From: Candidatus Enterousia sp.
GTDB lineage: Bacteria; Pseudomonadota; Alphaproteobacteria; Rs-D84
Length of the DNA stretch: 64,000 bases
Assembly: GCA_045634865.1 (NCBI GenBank)
Contig: JAZRBB010000002.1
Span: 129,645-193,644 of the forward strand
Direction: 5' to 3'
Position numbers and translations under genes: made by a program. This document shows positions 41,401 through 52,216 of the stretch, piece after piece; the first letter of the stretch is position 1; every line of letters starts with the position of its first letter. The notes under the pieces are model-generated. The model saw only the letters and a program-made list of their open reading frames with translations, had not been told where the DNA came from and did not search any database.

Positions 41401-41844
41401 CGCACCAGACAAACAAATCAAATCATCTTTGTATTTTTCTAATTCCTCCAATGTAATATGCGGTCCTAAATGATGATTTTCTTTGCGCATATACATAACA
41501 CGACTGATTTCGCACAGATTTAGATAACCTGCATGATGTTTAGCCAACAAAACAATCTTTGACAACGAAGATTGACGTAATATTTTAGGATCTGCATTAT
41601 GATGATTCAGTGATAATTCTACACCGATAATCGGTTGAATTTTGTTTGACGGCATAACATCAGAAAACTCTGCACAGCCCGACATCATATTTGTATCAGT
41701 CAACGCACAAGCCGTCATATTGTTATCAATACATAATTCAGGAATACCCTTTAATATGCCTAATTTTTTATTGCTGGCCACAGACAAAGTACTGCCACCA
41801 ACAGATATTTTTGAATGAACACGCAAATGCACAAACTCAGGCAT
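38410..41844 (-). CDS. dnaE: DNA polymerase III alpha subunit
   Basis: PHP HLRVHS, GPGRGSGAGS, FERFLNPDR..MPDFDVDF, YAFNKSH. Confidence 0.98.
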   Translation of the reverse strand: MPEFVHLRVHSKISVGGSTLSVASNKKLGILKGIPELCIDNNMTACALTDTNMMSGCAEFSDVMPSNKIQPIIGVELSLNHHNADPKILRQSSLSKIVLLAKHHAGYLNLCEISRVMYMRKENHHLGPHITLEELEKYKDDLICLSGAHTGPIGMAILNNQNDTAFDLAKQFLDMFGDNFYIEIQRHGLEDEIKTEPLFLQIACDLNIPIVATNDVCFPARSDYEAMDALSCVLGQTKIIDPERPRKSSEQYFKSSEEMSELFSDLPEAIENTVNIAKRCAFFVNVHEKPLLPRFGADLETECQMLRDATMNGLKERIKQHNITDTAPYFEQAEYELGVIIGMGFPGYFLIVADYINWCRQNDILTGPGRGSGAGSIVAWALGITHVNPLKYGLLFERFLNPDRISMPDFDVDFEPTGIERVLDYVGEKYGRDSVCRIITFGSLQARGAIRDIGRVYGIPYSKSDRLSKLIPADAKTLREAVDASREMQEILDNDADMKKVVQVAEDLEGSIRNLGQHACGVVIGDRPTTKIAPVYRDPANPLPSCQFDGHYLESAGLIKFDFLGLETLVVLKYAVKLIQKTRGVNVDLDKIPTDDAKTMELWQSGLTEGIFQFDATFVQQTLKKMHPTSFLEISALNALNRPGPIAFIPQFIARMHGEEPIEYVHPRAEPILKESYGIIVYQEQVMQLTRVLAGFTRGESDTVRKAMGKKKLDLLAKLEIKFLEGCKKEDTLDEATAKDLWEKFKEFAKYAFNKSHAVAYSIVANQCAYLKAHFPAEFLASSMSSNMNDTDQLAIFVDDAKSNFNIQIVPPDINQSESLFTVKDGKIIYALAAIKGVGAVATDAIVAEREAHGKFKNLTDFAKRCSPFINKRILEAFAKVGVLDSIEKNRALIFMNADAILAYASKSRESVNSLSLFANTTEDDVGEDRLLKDLPKTTPWTFAQRLENELSALGFYISAHPLDQYKHLIARAKLATSATLESVGDRKMVQIAVNVNSYSRRKTKTGKDMLTINASDSFGNLEGVAFGENTFDLAQSLSNETAVVLSGKTSIRDDRVSIFVDSVMPLTKWVAKIAKTITIDVSNQSILPDIKKALMALPAGQTQVVLNLHSDDKNAALILKRTIELGATTAKDLTALGTKVTIE

Positions 41845-41882
41845 ATAAAACTTTCCTTTTATTCTTTCTGATTTTTACCCAA

Positions 41883-44513
41883 TCAATGCAATTTTCCATG
41901 ACAATGTTTATATTTCAAACCAGAGCCACATGGGCATAAAGCATTCCTGGAAATATTCATATTTGCCATATTATTTTCAGAAGCATTTTGATTCAATTCA
42001 GAATCATGTTGAGCTTGTTGTTGGGCAGTCTTATCAACATCTGCACGCGTCAATTCCATACGACAAATGTATGCGACAGACATCAACTTGAAATTCTGCA
42101 TTGTGTTTCTAAATAATTCCAATGCCTCGTTTTTATATTCATATAATGGATTTTTCTGGGCATAGCCACGCAAACCAATTGACCCTTGCAAATAATCCAT
42201 CTGTTGTAAATGACGTTTCCATACAGAATCCAAAGCACCCAACATCATTTGTTTTTGTGCTGTCTGCATCAATTCATTTCCGTATTTTGCAACTTGTTGA
42301 TTATAACGATGCATCGCTAAATTGAACAAAGTTGTATAAGCATTACGTTCAGATATGGTTTCATCTGTTTTCCACTTTTCAATATCTGTAATATCTAATG
42401 CAAATATACGCATCATATCATTATGAATACCGGTTATATTCCAATCCATCGGATGCGCTTTTTCAGGGATATTATTTTCACAAATTATTTCAACAACGTC
42501 GCCGATTAATTCTTGGGCAAAAGGCGCCAAATCTTCAGAAGACATTAAATCATTACGTTGTTTATAAACAACTGTTCTTTGTTCGTTCATAACATCGTCG
42601 TATTTTAACAATTCTTTACGTGCCTCAAAATATCTTGCTTCTACACGTTTTTGTGCTTTTTCCAAAGCCTTTGTTATCCATGGATGCGTAATTGCTTCGC
42701 CTGGTTTTAACCCAAGTGTAGTCAACATGCCTTCTAATCTACTGGCACCAAAAATACGCATCAAATCATCGTCAAGTGCTAAAAAGAATTTAGAATCACC
42801 AGGGTCGCCTTGACGGCCAGAACGACCGCGCAACTGATTATCAATGCGTCTTGATTCATGACGTTCTGTTCCGATTACATACAAACCACCTGCATCTTTG
42901 ACAATCTGTTTGTTTGCTTCGATTCTATCTTCAATCTCTTTTTTCTTGGACTCAAAATCAGGTGCGGTTTCGTCCAATTCGGCAATCAGATGTTCCGCAT
43001 TACCACCAAGTTTAATATCAGTTCCACGACCTGCCATGTTTGTAGCAATTGTCACAGCACCAGGTGCACCGGCTTGGGAAACTATTTTTGCTTCTGATTC
43101 ATGATGTTTTGCATTCAACACCGCAGGATTTATATTCAATTTTTCACGAACCAAGTTTGCCAATTCTTCGGACTTTTCAATAGAAACAGTTCCCACCAAT
43201 ACCGGTTGTTTACGCTCTACACATTCTTTGATTTGTTTCAATATAGCATCGTATTTTTCGGTTTTATTACGATATATTTCATCATGATGATCAATACGCG
43301 CCACAGGTTTGTTGGTTGGAATTGAAACAACACGCAATTTATAGATTTCCTCAAACTCTGCGGCTTCGGTCATAGCGGTTCCAGTCATACCAGATAACAC
43401 AGGGTACATTCTGAATAAATTTTGATAAGAAATACTGGACACTGTTTGATTTTCAGGTTGAACATCAACATGTTCTTTGGCTTCAATTGCCTGATGCAAA
43501 CCTTTACCAAAACGACGACCAGACATTACACGACCTGTGAATTCATCAACAATCAAAACCTCGCCATTACGCACAACATAATTTACATTTTTTACATACA
43601 AATGATGCGCCAACAAAGATTGCTGAATATGCATGACAACTACTGCATTTTCAGCCGCATATAAATTATCACCAACCAATACCCCTGAATCTTTCAACAA
43701 CTTTGTCACATGATCAATACCGGTATCAGTCAATGTCACATGTCTATCTTTTTCATCAATTTTGTAATCTTCAGAATTTAATTGAACAACAACATCATCG
43801 ACTTTGCTATATAATTCACTGGTATCTTCTGCAGGCCCAGAAATAATAAGTGGTGTGCGCGCCTCATCAATTAAAATACTATCAACTTCGTCAACAATAG
43901 CATAAAAGAACGGACGTAAAACTTGCTGTTCTTTTGTAAATTTCATATTATCACGCAAATAATCAAACCCCAATTCAGAATTAGTCACATAAGTAATATC
44001 ACAATTATAAGCATTTCTTCTGTCTTCATCTGACATATCATGCTGAATTACACCAACAGTCATACCCAAGAAACGATAAACTTGCCCCATCCAACCAGCA
44101 TCACGCGAAGCCAAATAGTCATTAACTGTAATCAAATGCGCGCCCTTGCCATGCAACGCTTTCAAATACAAGGCCAGTGTTGCAACCAGTGTTTTACCTT
44201 CACCTGTTTTCATTTCAGAAATCTGGCCATTGTTCAAAACCATACCGCCAATCAATTGCACATCAAAATGACGCAAACCAATGGAACGCTTAGCCGCTTC
44301 ACGTACAGCAGCAAAAACATCCGGCAAAATATCGTTTTCAGATTCACCGTTTTTCATGCGTTCACGAAAAACAGTTGTCAAATTATGAATCTCATCATCA
44401 GATAACGAAACATATTTTGGTTCTAAATCATTGATTTTTGCAACAGTTTTTTCATAAGATTTTACAAGTCTATCATTAGCTGAACCTAATAACATTTTCA
44501 GTATATTTTTCAT
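41883..44513 (-). CDS. secA: Preprotein translocase SecA
   Basis: MKTGEGKT, DEVDSILIDEARTPLIISG, NMAGRGTDI, C-terminal CPCGSG...CH. Confidence 0.99.
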   Translation of the reverse strand: MKNILKMLLGSANDRLVKSYEKTVAKINDLEPKYVSLSDDEIHNLTTVFRERMKNGESENDILPDVFAAVREAAKRSIGLRHFDVQLIGGMVLNNGQISEMKTGEGKTLVATLALYLKALHGKGAHLITVNDYLASRDAGWMGQVYRFLGMTVGVIQHDMSDEDRRNAYNCDITYVTNSELGFDYLRDNMKFTKEQQVLRPFFYAIVDEVDSILIDEARTPLIISGPAEDTSELYSKVDDVVVQLNSEDYKIDEKDRHVTLTDTGIDHVTKLLKDSGVLVGDNLYAAENAVVVMHIQQSLLAHHLYVKNVNYVVRNGEVLIVDEFTGRVMSGRRFGKGLHQAIEAKEHVDVQPENQTVSSISYQNLFRMYPVLSGMTGTAMTEAAEFEEIYKLRVVSIPTNKPVARIDHHDEIYRNKTEKYDAILKQIKECVERKQPVLVGTVSIEKSEELANLVREKLNINPAVLNAKHHESEAKIVSQAGAPGAVTIATNMAGRGTDIKLGGNAEHLIAELDETAPDFESKKKEIEDRIEANKQIVKDAGGLYVIGTERHESRRIDNQLRGRSGRQGDPGDSKFFLALDDDLMRIFGASRLEGMLTTLGLKPGEAITHPWITKALEKAQKRVEARYFEARKELLKYDDVMNEQRTVVYKQRNDLMSSEDLAPFAQELIGDVVEIICENNIPEKAHPMDWNITGIHNDMMRIFALDITDIEKWKTDETISERNAYTTLFNLAMHRYNQQVAKYGNELMQTAQKQMMLGALDSVWKRHLQQMDYLQGSIGLRGYAQKNPLYEYKNEALELFRNTMQNFKLMSVAYICRMELTRADVDKTAQQQAQHDSELNQNASENNMANMNISRNALCPCGSGLKYKHCHGKLH

Positions 44514-44738
44514 TTCTTTTCCTTACCGTTTAGTGCAGGGTATAAACCAACCCAAAACACAGCCATATTGATATTGTTTTATAGCAATTTTGTGCCTTTG
44601 GGTCAAGACACTTTATTTATATAATGAAGGATTTTTTATAAAACAAGAGATAGATACCAAAAAACACAAAAATTTGTTTTTAATTCACATTTTTTGTGTT
44701 ATCATTGTGGTGATGAAATTAAAAAGCAGGGGGGATTT

Positions 44739-44951
44739 ATGAAATCTAACGATATCCAAACATTAAAAACTTCTGATATAACTAGTGAGGTTTTTGTTAT
44801 CGCCCCGGCACAAATTGAATTTATATCCGAAAGTTTTGGTAATGCAGTTGCAGAGGCGATGAATATGCGTCCTTTGGCACAAAAAATTCGTCAAATTGCG
44901 GCAGAAACATTGATAAAAACCTTGCAATCTGCAAAGAAAATGGGCGAATAA
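44739..44951 (+). CDS. Small hypothetical protein
   Basis: 70-aa ORF with GGGGGA RBS and downstream terminator. Confidence 0.5.
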   Translation: MKSNDIQTLKTSDITSEVFVIAPAQIEFISESFGNAVAEAMNMRPLAQKIRQIAAETLIKTLQSAKKMGE

Positions 44952-44976
44952 TTTTATAGGTTTTATTTGTTTGATT

Positions 44977-45007
44977 AAAAAACTCTCTTGAATCAAGAGA
45001 GTTTTTT
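44977..45007. terminator. Bidirectional intrinsic terminator
   Basis: aaaaaactctcttga-a-tcaagagagtttttt palindrome between convergent genes. Confidence 0.8.
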
Positions 45008-45034
45008 ACGTTTGACGGAAATGCAGCCTAAAAT

Positions 45035-48000
45035 CTACTGTGCGGTTAAATCGTACACATTATAGGTTTCTTCGCCATACCTTATATGCAACTTGGATTC
45101 TGTTCCACCATTCATGGTCTTGCTACAGTTTTTGCACATATGCCCATAATATACCGTTCCGTCTATCTTTATTGCCAATGCTGGTGATGTTGGTTTTTCT
45201 GTATATAAGCATATAGCCGTATCACCTATGTGCAAGTATTTCTGACTGATACACGAATGTTCCCACTTTGCCCAGAATGTTTTGTGTCTAGTCGAGCCAA
45301 GCGCTATTGTCTTTTCAAGCTCACAATTTTCTGTCATTTCTTCGTTTTCACACCAGCCCAAGAATACATAATTATCTTTTCTCGGTTTAGACAAAGTTAT
45401 CGGCAAATCAAGCGCATTATAACGTTGCGGATCCGGATTAGTTGTAATAATCTGGTTGTGCGAATTTACCCACTTTGCTCCTTCTGTGTTTTTGTACACA
45501 ATGTTCGCATAACAAGCACCAGTTGTTGCATCCTTGAGTGGAAATTCAGCGCTACACCCAATCGCTTGCCATTGTGCATACATAGTCACAGTATTTTCTG
45601 CAGCATCAACAGATACCAAATTAAATACTTCCTCTTCATCCGTATAGAAATTGACGTCTGAATCATTGCACTCTGTGACACCTTTGCACCAGCCAACAAA
45701 ATCATAATCTGTTTTTTCAAATCCGTTTGATAACAAGGCCTTGCGTTCGTCATAATCAAATGTTTCTGGCAACATAGAACCACTCGTTGCACCATTACCA
45801 TCGAACAATACCGTATATGTTATTGGTGTCCATTTTGCATACATTGTGATTGTTGCATTATCTGATGAGGTCAAGTTAGAAACAACCGCTTCATTTACAT
45901 AGAAATTAGCATCTGTTGTATTGCATGCTGTTGCCCCCTTGCACCAGCCAACAAAATTCCAACCTGTTTTCTCAAACGCATTGGCACTCAATGCCTTTGA
46001 TTCATCATATGCAAATGTTTCATCTGCCATAGAACCTCTTGTTGCACCATTACCATCAAATACAACTTTGTATGTTATAGGCGACCATTTTGCATACAAT
46101 TTATTATCGCCACTCAATGCTGTTTCTGTGGTCACTGCATTACCTGTCACAGCAGCATTAACATACCAACCACCAAAATTATAGCCAGTCACAGAAGGCA
46201 ATTCTGGTAATGCAGCCAATGTGTATGTTGTCGCACCTTCTGAATATTGTTCTATGTGATTTTCAGGGTTAGCTATTCCAACTTTGTTAGAATCAAATTC
46301 AACCACAGCATAACATTGGGTAACATCGGTTAACTCACCATCATGATGGCTGTAATCATCTGGGCATACCATTTCCCATTGAGCGGTAAACTCTAAATCC
46401 CCCGTGGTTCCCTCTGAAACTTCACGTTCAACAAATGTCACCAACTCATCAGTTTCCTCATCAAATGCTAACTGTATAGTATTTGCCAAACAATCCGTCT
46501 TAGATTCTCCAGCCAAACACCATCCATTAAATGCGTGATGTGGTTTCTTGGGATTACGAAGTATGAATGGCAACATATCTGGTGTATATTGTGACGGATT
46601 CATCAAATATTCACCAGGATTTTCAGGATCTATTGGCCATGTAATATCTTCATCATCTACGTTTTGGTATGTTATATCCGCATAACACATACCAACTGTA
46701 TCATTATAATGAGCAAAACCATCTATACACAAAATTGATGTCTGACAACTGTGCCAATTACCAACTGTCGGTATGCTTTGTATATTAGATACAGGAGACA
46801 ACCTTGTCATTAAGTATTGAATTGTTCGTTGTTCTGGAGTTGTATACAAAGTATTCATCATCCAACTTAATACATCGACAGTTGAAATACGACTTAAATC
46901 ATCAGCCGATCCATCTGGTCCCATAATTGTATCGTTCCAAACAGATTTATAACAAATATCTACCGATTTTTCTATACACTTGCTATATTTACCATCTGGT
47001 GCACCATCTTCGTCTGGTGATTCTTGATTGTTAACCCATGCACAAGACACTATTTTAGCTTTTGCATTTGATATAGAGTCTTCCGCCGCTTCATAAGATG
47101 CAACATTATCAACCACCAAATAAGTATTTACACAAGCAAAATCATCAAGTGTTTGACCATATTGTACCAGCTCTGCCCCTTTTTCATAATATACTCCATC
47201 AGGTCTATAATTTTCACCAGACACACATTGACAATCTGTAACAAATTGTGCACCGATATCGGATACAGAACCGTACGGACATCTACGTTGACCCAATACA
47301 CCATTTTCTTCTCTACCTGTGCAGAAATAGTTTTCTTTACATGGTTCTGGCAGTCCGGTTTCTGGATCTGTATATTTTCCAGCGTTAGGTAACTCATAAC
47401 AATGATCTGCATTATCATCAGATATTCTTTTTATATTTGTTATTGGGTTTTTACCACAGCCATATCTACCCACAGAATCCTTGTGCATAGTCGTATATTC
47501 AATCAAACCAACTTCTAATTTATCAAACCCTGGGCAATATGAATATGAGTCCGCAAGAGGATCGTTTGCACCACACTTTACACAAACATAAGCCTCTGTA
47601 TCTGCATCTTTCTTTTTATAATAACCAGTATACATGCACTCTGATTCAGGAATTAACACTGAAACACCTGTATCTTCATCAATACACTGTCCATTTTCCC
47701 ATCTATAGTGCTTTGGTGTGCATCCAGGATCTGTATAACATTGTTTTGCACCAATATCAGAGTTTAATCCACTTGGACAAAGTATTTTTCCTTCTCCTTG
47801 ATGTTCCCAATCAAAAAATGCCTGTTCGTTTTCTGAAAACCTTGGCACAGGACCATTGGCCGGACAATAATAACCAGCAGGACACAGTGTATCACATTTA
47901 AACCTATTATCTCCTGCATCATAAAATCTCTCTTTACAATAATATCCACACTTATCAATCGATTTAGACGCCTCAGATAATGTCTGTAACCCATTATCCG

Positions 48001-50968
48001 TCGGAACATCTATGTATCTTCCTGCCCTGTCACTCAATATTTCCGAAACACCAACACCACAAGGTTTACAGCCATCATAAGTATCAGGATGTTCCGGGTC
48101 AACAGCATAATCTTGTTGTGTTCCCTTTGTATATTCACGATATGTGCCTTTCGGACAAGCGTATCTTCCAGGATATCTTGGTGAAACTTTACCACCAGGA
48201 CAATAATAACCAGCAGGACAATCAACACACTCTATTGTTGTAGTATTCAACGATGTACCCTTTTCACACACAGTATCAGCAACCATCATCGCGTAGTATT
48301 TAAAACTTTCTGGCGCTATTCGGTTTTCTTGTGCTTTTGTATCTATAACTGGTTTTGTATCTGGCGAAACCCATCCGGAACCATTACATGCATCTGATGT
48401 CTTATCCCCATTTGGGCATATCACACATTCTTTTTTATGTTTACGGTGGTCTAAAATCTGTACTTTATAACCAGCAGGACAACAGAACTCTGTTCCACGA
48501 CACCAGCCCGCAAATACATATCCATTTTGGACCTTACGTGAACTCATAGATTCCGGGTTTATTAAACCTTCTTCTGGTGTAACAGGGTTCGAGAAATTGT
48601 ACCCATGTTCTGTTGGTTGCCAATCTATTTCAAAAGAGTTTGCCGCAACATACTCACCATCATTGTTTCTGATGTGACCATACTGATAATACTGCGACCA
48701 ATAAGCGCATTCATCACGCCATCCACAAGCTTTTCCATGTTCTTGAATACCCATATCTAAATCTATATTCGAATACCATAAGCCAACATAATATGTGTCC
48801 AATTCACATCCCGAAGTCCCCAGATGTCGCACCATAAGCTCTGGATCATCATTTAATTCTGGGAACAACGTATCCTTATAAGGCATCATTGCTTCCACAG
48901 CACAAGAACAAGTGGTACGCTCTGCATTAACAGCTGCACCAACAACAGAACATGTATGGCACTCACCATTTGGCGTTCTGTATTGATTTTCTCCAAGCAC
49001 GCAAAGCTCTGGTTCACCTTGTATTATTAATATTGCACCAGTACAATAAGTCTTGTTTCTACATGCCATACAGTTTTCAGATTGACTGTCTATCGAACAT
49101 ATCAAATTACACGCTGCGTCTTCCTCTGAATTTCCGCTACCACATGGTTTGCATTCGTATGAACCATCAGAATAAGTACGCAAATCCAACCCTGCGCCAC
49201 AGCATGCTTTGTTCGGTTCACAGCATGCACGTGTTTTCGAGTTCCATTCGTATCCTTCTGGACAAGAACAAGCTGTTTTTGTTTCATTTGGTTGAATATA
49301 ATTGTTATCAACATTATCAGTTGTTACATAAACTGATGAATCAGAGCTATTACTTCCATATACAACAACATTTTGCTGTTCACAAATACTTATACCAACG
49401 TTTTCAGAAGTATGTTCGTCATACAACACACCGCCAGGACAATATGCACTAGCATTCAATCCAGCATCCACACAAGACTTACATTCTCCAGCAGCCTTAT
49501 TATAATATTGGCCAGCAGGGCAGAAAGATTTACACTGACTGGCCTCATAGCTTCCCATTTCTACAGTTGTCGAATTAGACTTATAATCATTACAATTTGT
49601 GCCTCCCAAAGAAAAGCCATTTGTATAATATCTAATCTGTTCCTGATCATACGTATCCGCATGATATTTTGTATCATTATACGTTGCGTCACGGAAAAAT
49701 GTTCCACCCAGACAATATGAACCAATCGGACAAGGTTCACAGGTTGTATAAAAAGCACGCCATCCACCCAAGAAATAATCTGATGTATAATAATCATTAG
49801 CATTTCTGCTGTGATGATTGTCATCATATTGATTCACAATATGCATATAATAACCAGCAGGGCAGGTATAAGAGCATCTGAACGAACCTGTATCAGAATG
49901 TCCCTTTAACAAACATGCTTGCTTTTCAGTATTCCATACTAAATCCGCCTTTATTTCATTTGCTTTTGTACAAGCACCGCTTGTTGTGATATTTTTTACT
50001 TCGGTTGTTGTACCCGCTATAAAACATTTTTTATGTGTTGTGTTCCACGCAAATCCGTTTGTCTTGGCAGTAATGCAATCAGACGAACTTTCGATTGTCA
50101 CAACATCATTGTATTTATCAGGACAAGCATTCATGCTATCCTTGTACTTTGCAGCAGTAAATATACCACCCAAACAGAAATTATCTGCATCACAAGTCTC
50201 TTTTGTATAAGTATATCCACAATACAAAGAAGACTTTATACCCGTCACTTCTTCATTAGTATCTTTATTGATGCACTTGCCATTTTCCCATTGATAATTA
50301 TGTTCCGTGTCCACAGAACGTTTTAATTGTTTACCAGGTCCCAAATCATAATAAGCACAAGCATCTATGCTGGTTGAATGTAATCCAAAACCCGCCTGTC
50401 TGGTTGCTCTGGTTGTTGTGTCCCCAGGACATTTACATTTACCAATAGATGTAAAACCACATTCAGATTCAGAAGTTATACCCACCACAACTTGATTTGT
50501 TTCAGAATCTATACATTGATTATTTCTCCACTTATAGTTTTTATTTTCTTCTGTCATTCCACCTTCTGCAACATTATTAACACCACCACACACAGTATCA
50601 TTTACTGTTTGTACAGACAAATACCTGCTTGGGCACCAATAGCCAACAGGACATTCTTTGCACCTGGGTTCACTACCAGACAAATCCAAATATTCACCAG
50701 GATCACAGTTTTTGGATATAATCGCACAATTATCATCATCGACATTATAATATCCTGTATCACATATCTTACGGTACACAGGGGTCATTTTGATATTTGC
50801 ACCACCAAATAAATCATACAACGCATCACAAGAAGACTCTCCAATTGCGACAAGCTCTCCATCAATCTCTTGGAACAGTGTATATTCATATTCCTCTGCC
50901 ATGACTTTGGCACCAGGCATCGCAAATGCAAATAAAGTTATCATAAATAATAATATACGTTTTAACAT
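45035..50968 (-). CDS. Secreted Cys-rich surface protein (GCC2/GCC3-like CPAGYYC repeats, InlB B/Flg_new repeats); candidate fibre base/anchor
   Basis: Signal peptide; C.PC..G.YCPG repeats; GY.F.GW...LYAKW repeats; distinct C-terminal domain. Confidence 0.8.
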   Translation of the reverse strand: MLKRILLFMITLFAFAMPGAKVMAEEYEYTLFQEIDGELVAIGESSCDALYDLFGGANIKMTPVYRKICDTGYYNVDDDNCAIISKNCDPGEYLDLSGSEPRCKECPVGYWCPSRYLSVQTVNDTVCGGVNNVAEGGMTEENKNYKWRNNQCIDSETNQVVVGITSESECGFTSIGKCKCPGDTTTRATRQAGFGLHSTSIDACAYYDLGPGKQLKRSVDTEHNYQWENGKCINKDTNEEVTGIKSSLYCGYTYTKETCDADNFCLGGIFTAAKYKDSMNACPDKYNDVVTIESSSDCITAKTNGFAWNTTHKKCFIAGTTTEVKNITTSGACTKANEIKADLVWNTEKQACLLKGHSDTGSFRCSYTCPAGYYMHIVNQYDDNHHSRNANDYYTSDYFLGGWRAFYTTCEPCPIGSYCLGGTFFRDATYNDTKYHADTYDQEQIRYYTNGFSLGGTNCNDYKSNSTTVEMGSYEASQCKSFCPAGQYYNKAAGECKSCVDAGLNASAYCPGGVLYDEHTSENVGISICEQQNVVVYGSNSSDSSVYVTTDNVDNNYIQPNETKTACSCPEGYEWNSKTRACCEPNKACCGAGLDLRTYSDGSYECKPCGSGNSEEDAACNLICSIDSQSENCMACRNKTYCTGAILIIQGEPELCVLGENQYRTPNGECHTCSVVGAAVNAERTTCSCAVEAMMPYKDTLFPELNDDPELMVRHLGTSGCELDTYYVGLWYSNIDLDMGIQEHGKACGWRDECAYWSQYYQYGHIRNNDGEYVAANSFEIDWQPTEHGYNFSNPVTPEEGLINPESMSSRKVQNGYVFAGWCRGTEFCCPAGYKVQILDHRKHKKECVICPNGDKTSDACNGSGWVSPDTKPVIDTKAQENRIAPESFKYYAMMVADTVCEKGTSLNTTTIECVDCPAGYYCPGGKVSPRYPGRYACPKGTYREYTKGTQQDYAVDPEHPDTYDGCKPCGVGVSEILSDRAGRYIDVPTDNGLQTLSEASKSIDKCGYYCKERFYDAGDNRFKCDTLCPAGYYCPANGPVPRFSENEQAFFDWEHQGEGKILCPSGLNSDIGAKQCYTDPGCTPKHYRWENGQCIDEDTGVSVLIPESECMYTGYYKKKDADTEAYVCVKCGANDPLADSYSYCPGFDKLEVGLIEYTTMHKDSVGRYGCGKNPITNIKRISDDNADHCYELPNAGKYTDPETGLPEPCKENYFCTGREENGVLGQRRCPYGSVSDIGAQFVTDCQCVSGENYRPDGVYYEKGAELVQYGQTLDDFACVNTYLVVDNVASYEAAEDSISNAKAKIVSCAWVNNQESPDEDGAPDGKYSKCIEKSVDICYKSVWNDTIMGPDGSADDLSRISTVDVLSWMMNTLYTTPEQRTIQYLMTRLSPVSNIQSIPTVGNWHSCQTSILCIDGFAHYNDTVGMCYADITYQNVDDEDITWPIDPENPGEYLMNPSQYTPDMLPFILRNPKKPHHAFNGWCLAGESKTDCLANTIQLAFDEETDELVTFVEREVSEGTTGDLEFTAQWEMVCPDDYSHHDGELTDVTQCYAVVEFDSNKVGIANPENHIEQYSEGATTYTLAALPELPSVTGYNFGGWYVNAAVTGNAVTTETALSGDNKLYAKWSPITYKVVFDGNGATRGSMADETFAYDESKALSANAFEKTGWNFVGWCKGATACNTTDANFYVNEAVVSNLTSSDNATITMYAKWTPITYTVLFDGNGATSGSMLPETFDYDERKALLSNGFEKTDYDFVGWCKGVTECNDSDVNFYTDEEEVFNLVSVDAAENTVTMYAQWQAIGCSAEFPLKDATTGACYANIVYKNTEGAKWVNSHNQIITTNPDPQRYNALDLPITLSKPRKDNYVFLGWCENEEMTENCELEKTIALGSTRHKTFWAKWEHSCISQKYLHIGDTAICLYTEKPTSPALAIKIDGTVYYGHMCKNCSKTMNGGTESKLHIRYGEETYNVYDLTAQ

Positions 50969-51121
50969 ATCACTGTACCCATTTTTTATCTCTGTATCTC
51001 TATATAACCTTGTTGGTCTCTAAAGATTTTATTTATTTTCCTTGGTCTGCGGTATGTTCTGGCTTATATTGCCAGAACTACCACAAACCTCTCTCACCTT
51101 GTTATATAACCCCATCAGATA

Positions 51122-52216
51122 CTAAGGTTGTTCAGAAGGTTGTTCAGATTGTTCTTCGATTTCGATTTTCCAACCTACGAACTTATAACCCTCATCAGCT
51201 GTAGGTTCGCTTGCCGGAGCTGTGAATCCACCACCGTATGTACATGTAGTGTTGATGTTATCACCCCAGTTAATATTAACCTCATTAGCAACACAGAAAT
51301 ATCTGTTGCCAACCATTTTTGCAAATCTATTACCATCAGCTGTTGTCTGATCTACAAAGAACGCCCCCACAGTTTGATCGCTTAACTGTGCACAACCAGT
51401 CTCACAAGCTGTCAGATCGTTATATTGTGCTGCTTCCAAAGTATCTCCGTTGATTGCATGACCATTTAAACTTGTTGCACGCATAAAGCAACCGACTTTG
51501 CTGCTATCAACAACAGAAGTTTTACAATGTGCTACACCACCAACAGTCAAATCACCCAAAATAGCGGTCCATGTAGTAGAACCATTTTGTGTGCTTGCTG
51601 TATATGCACCAGGTGTTGTTGGTAATTCATCTCCTATGATATCTGCAACAGAAGTTCTGGTATAACCAGCGTCACATCCATTAACTGCAACTATCTTTTC
51701 ACAGAATTGTTGTAATGTCGGATCTTCGTTATACGTTGCTGTACCAGAAACCAAAGAATAAGAAGATGCATGATCCATGGTGTAGTTCAAATCATTCAAA
51801 GAACAAGTTGCACTACAGCCATTTATACTGGTTGCATCCGCACCATCAGTGTACCCAGCTGGACAAGTTCCTAAACCTTGGGTGCTGACTGTACCATTGA
51901 CAATTTCTATTGAACCACCAGGGCAGTAATGTCCTGTGCTGTTACAGGTTGTACAACTTGCGTTTTTGATTTTTCCATCTTCTGGATCAATGTATGCATT
52001 GTCTGCAACATTAAAATAAGTACCAGCTGCGCAAGTATCTGTTACAAAAATCGCCCGCATCTGCAAAGGATTTTGTGCTGTAAAATCCCCTTGGAAATCT
52101 TCGCCAGAACAGCTTCCATTGTCTTCTGGTGAAATAATTGGCTTTATGTCAAGTGTGGCACCCATAGCTGGCAACACACTAAATAACACTCCACCTGTGA
52201 TTAACAACTTTTTCAT
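51122..52216 (-). CDS. Secreted Cys-rich protein; candidate fibre shaft subunit
   Basis: AAAGGAG RBS, signal peptide MKKLLITGGVLFSVLPAMG, truncated B-repeat at C-terminus. Confidence 0.8.
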   Translation of the reverse strand: MKKLLITGGVLFSVLPAMGATLDIKPIISPEDNGSCSGEDFQGDFTAQNPLQMRAIFVTDTCAAGTYFNVADNAYIDPEDGKIKNASCTTCNSTGHYCPGGSIEIVNGTVSTQGLGTCPAGYTDGADATSINGCSATCSLNDLNYTMDHASSYSLVSGTATYNEDPTLQQFCEKIVAVNGCDAGYTRTSVADIIGDELPTTPGAYTASTQNGSTTWTAILGDLTVGGVAHCKTSVVDSSKVGCFMRATSLNGHAINGDTLEAAQYNDLTACETGCAQLSDQTVGAFFVDQTTADGNRFAKMVGNRYFCVANEVNINWGDNINTTCTYGGGFTAPASEPTADEGYKFVGWKIEIEEQSEQPSEQP

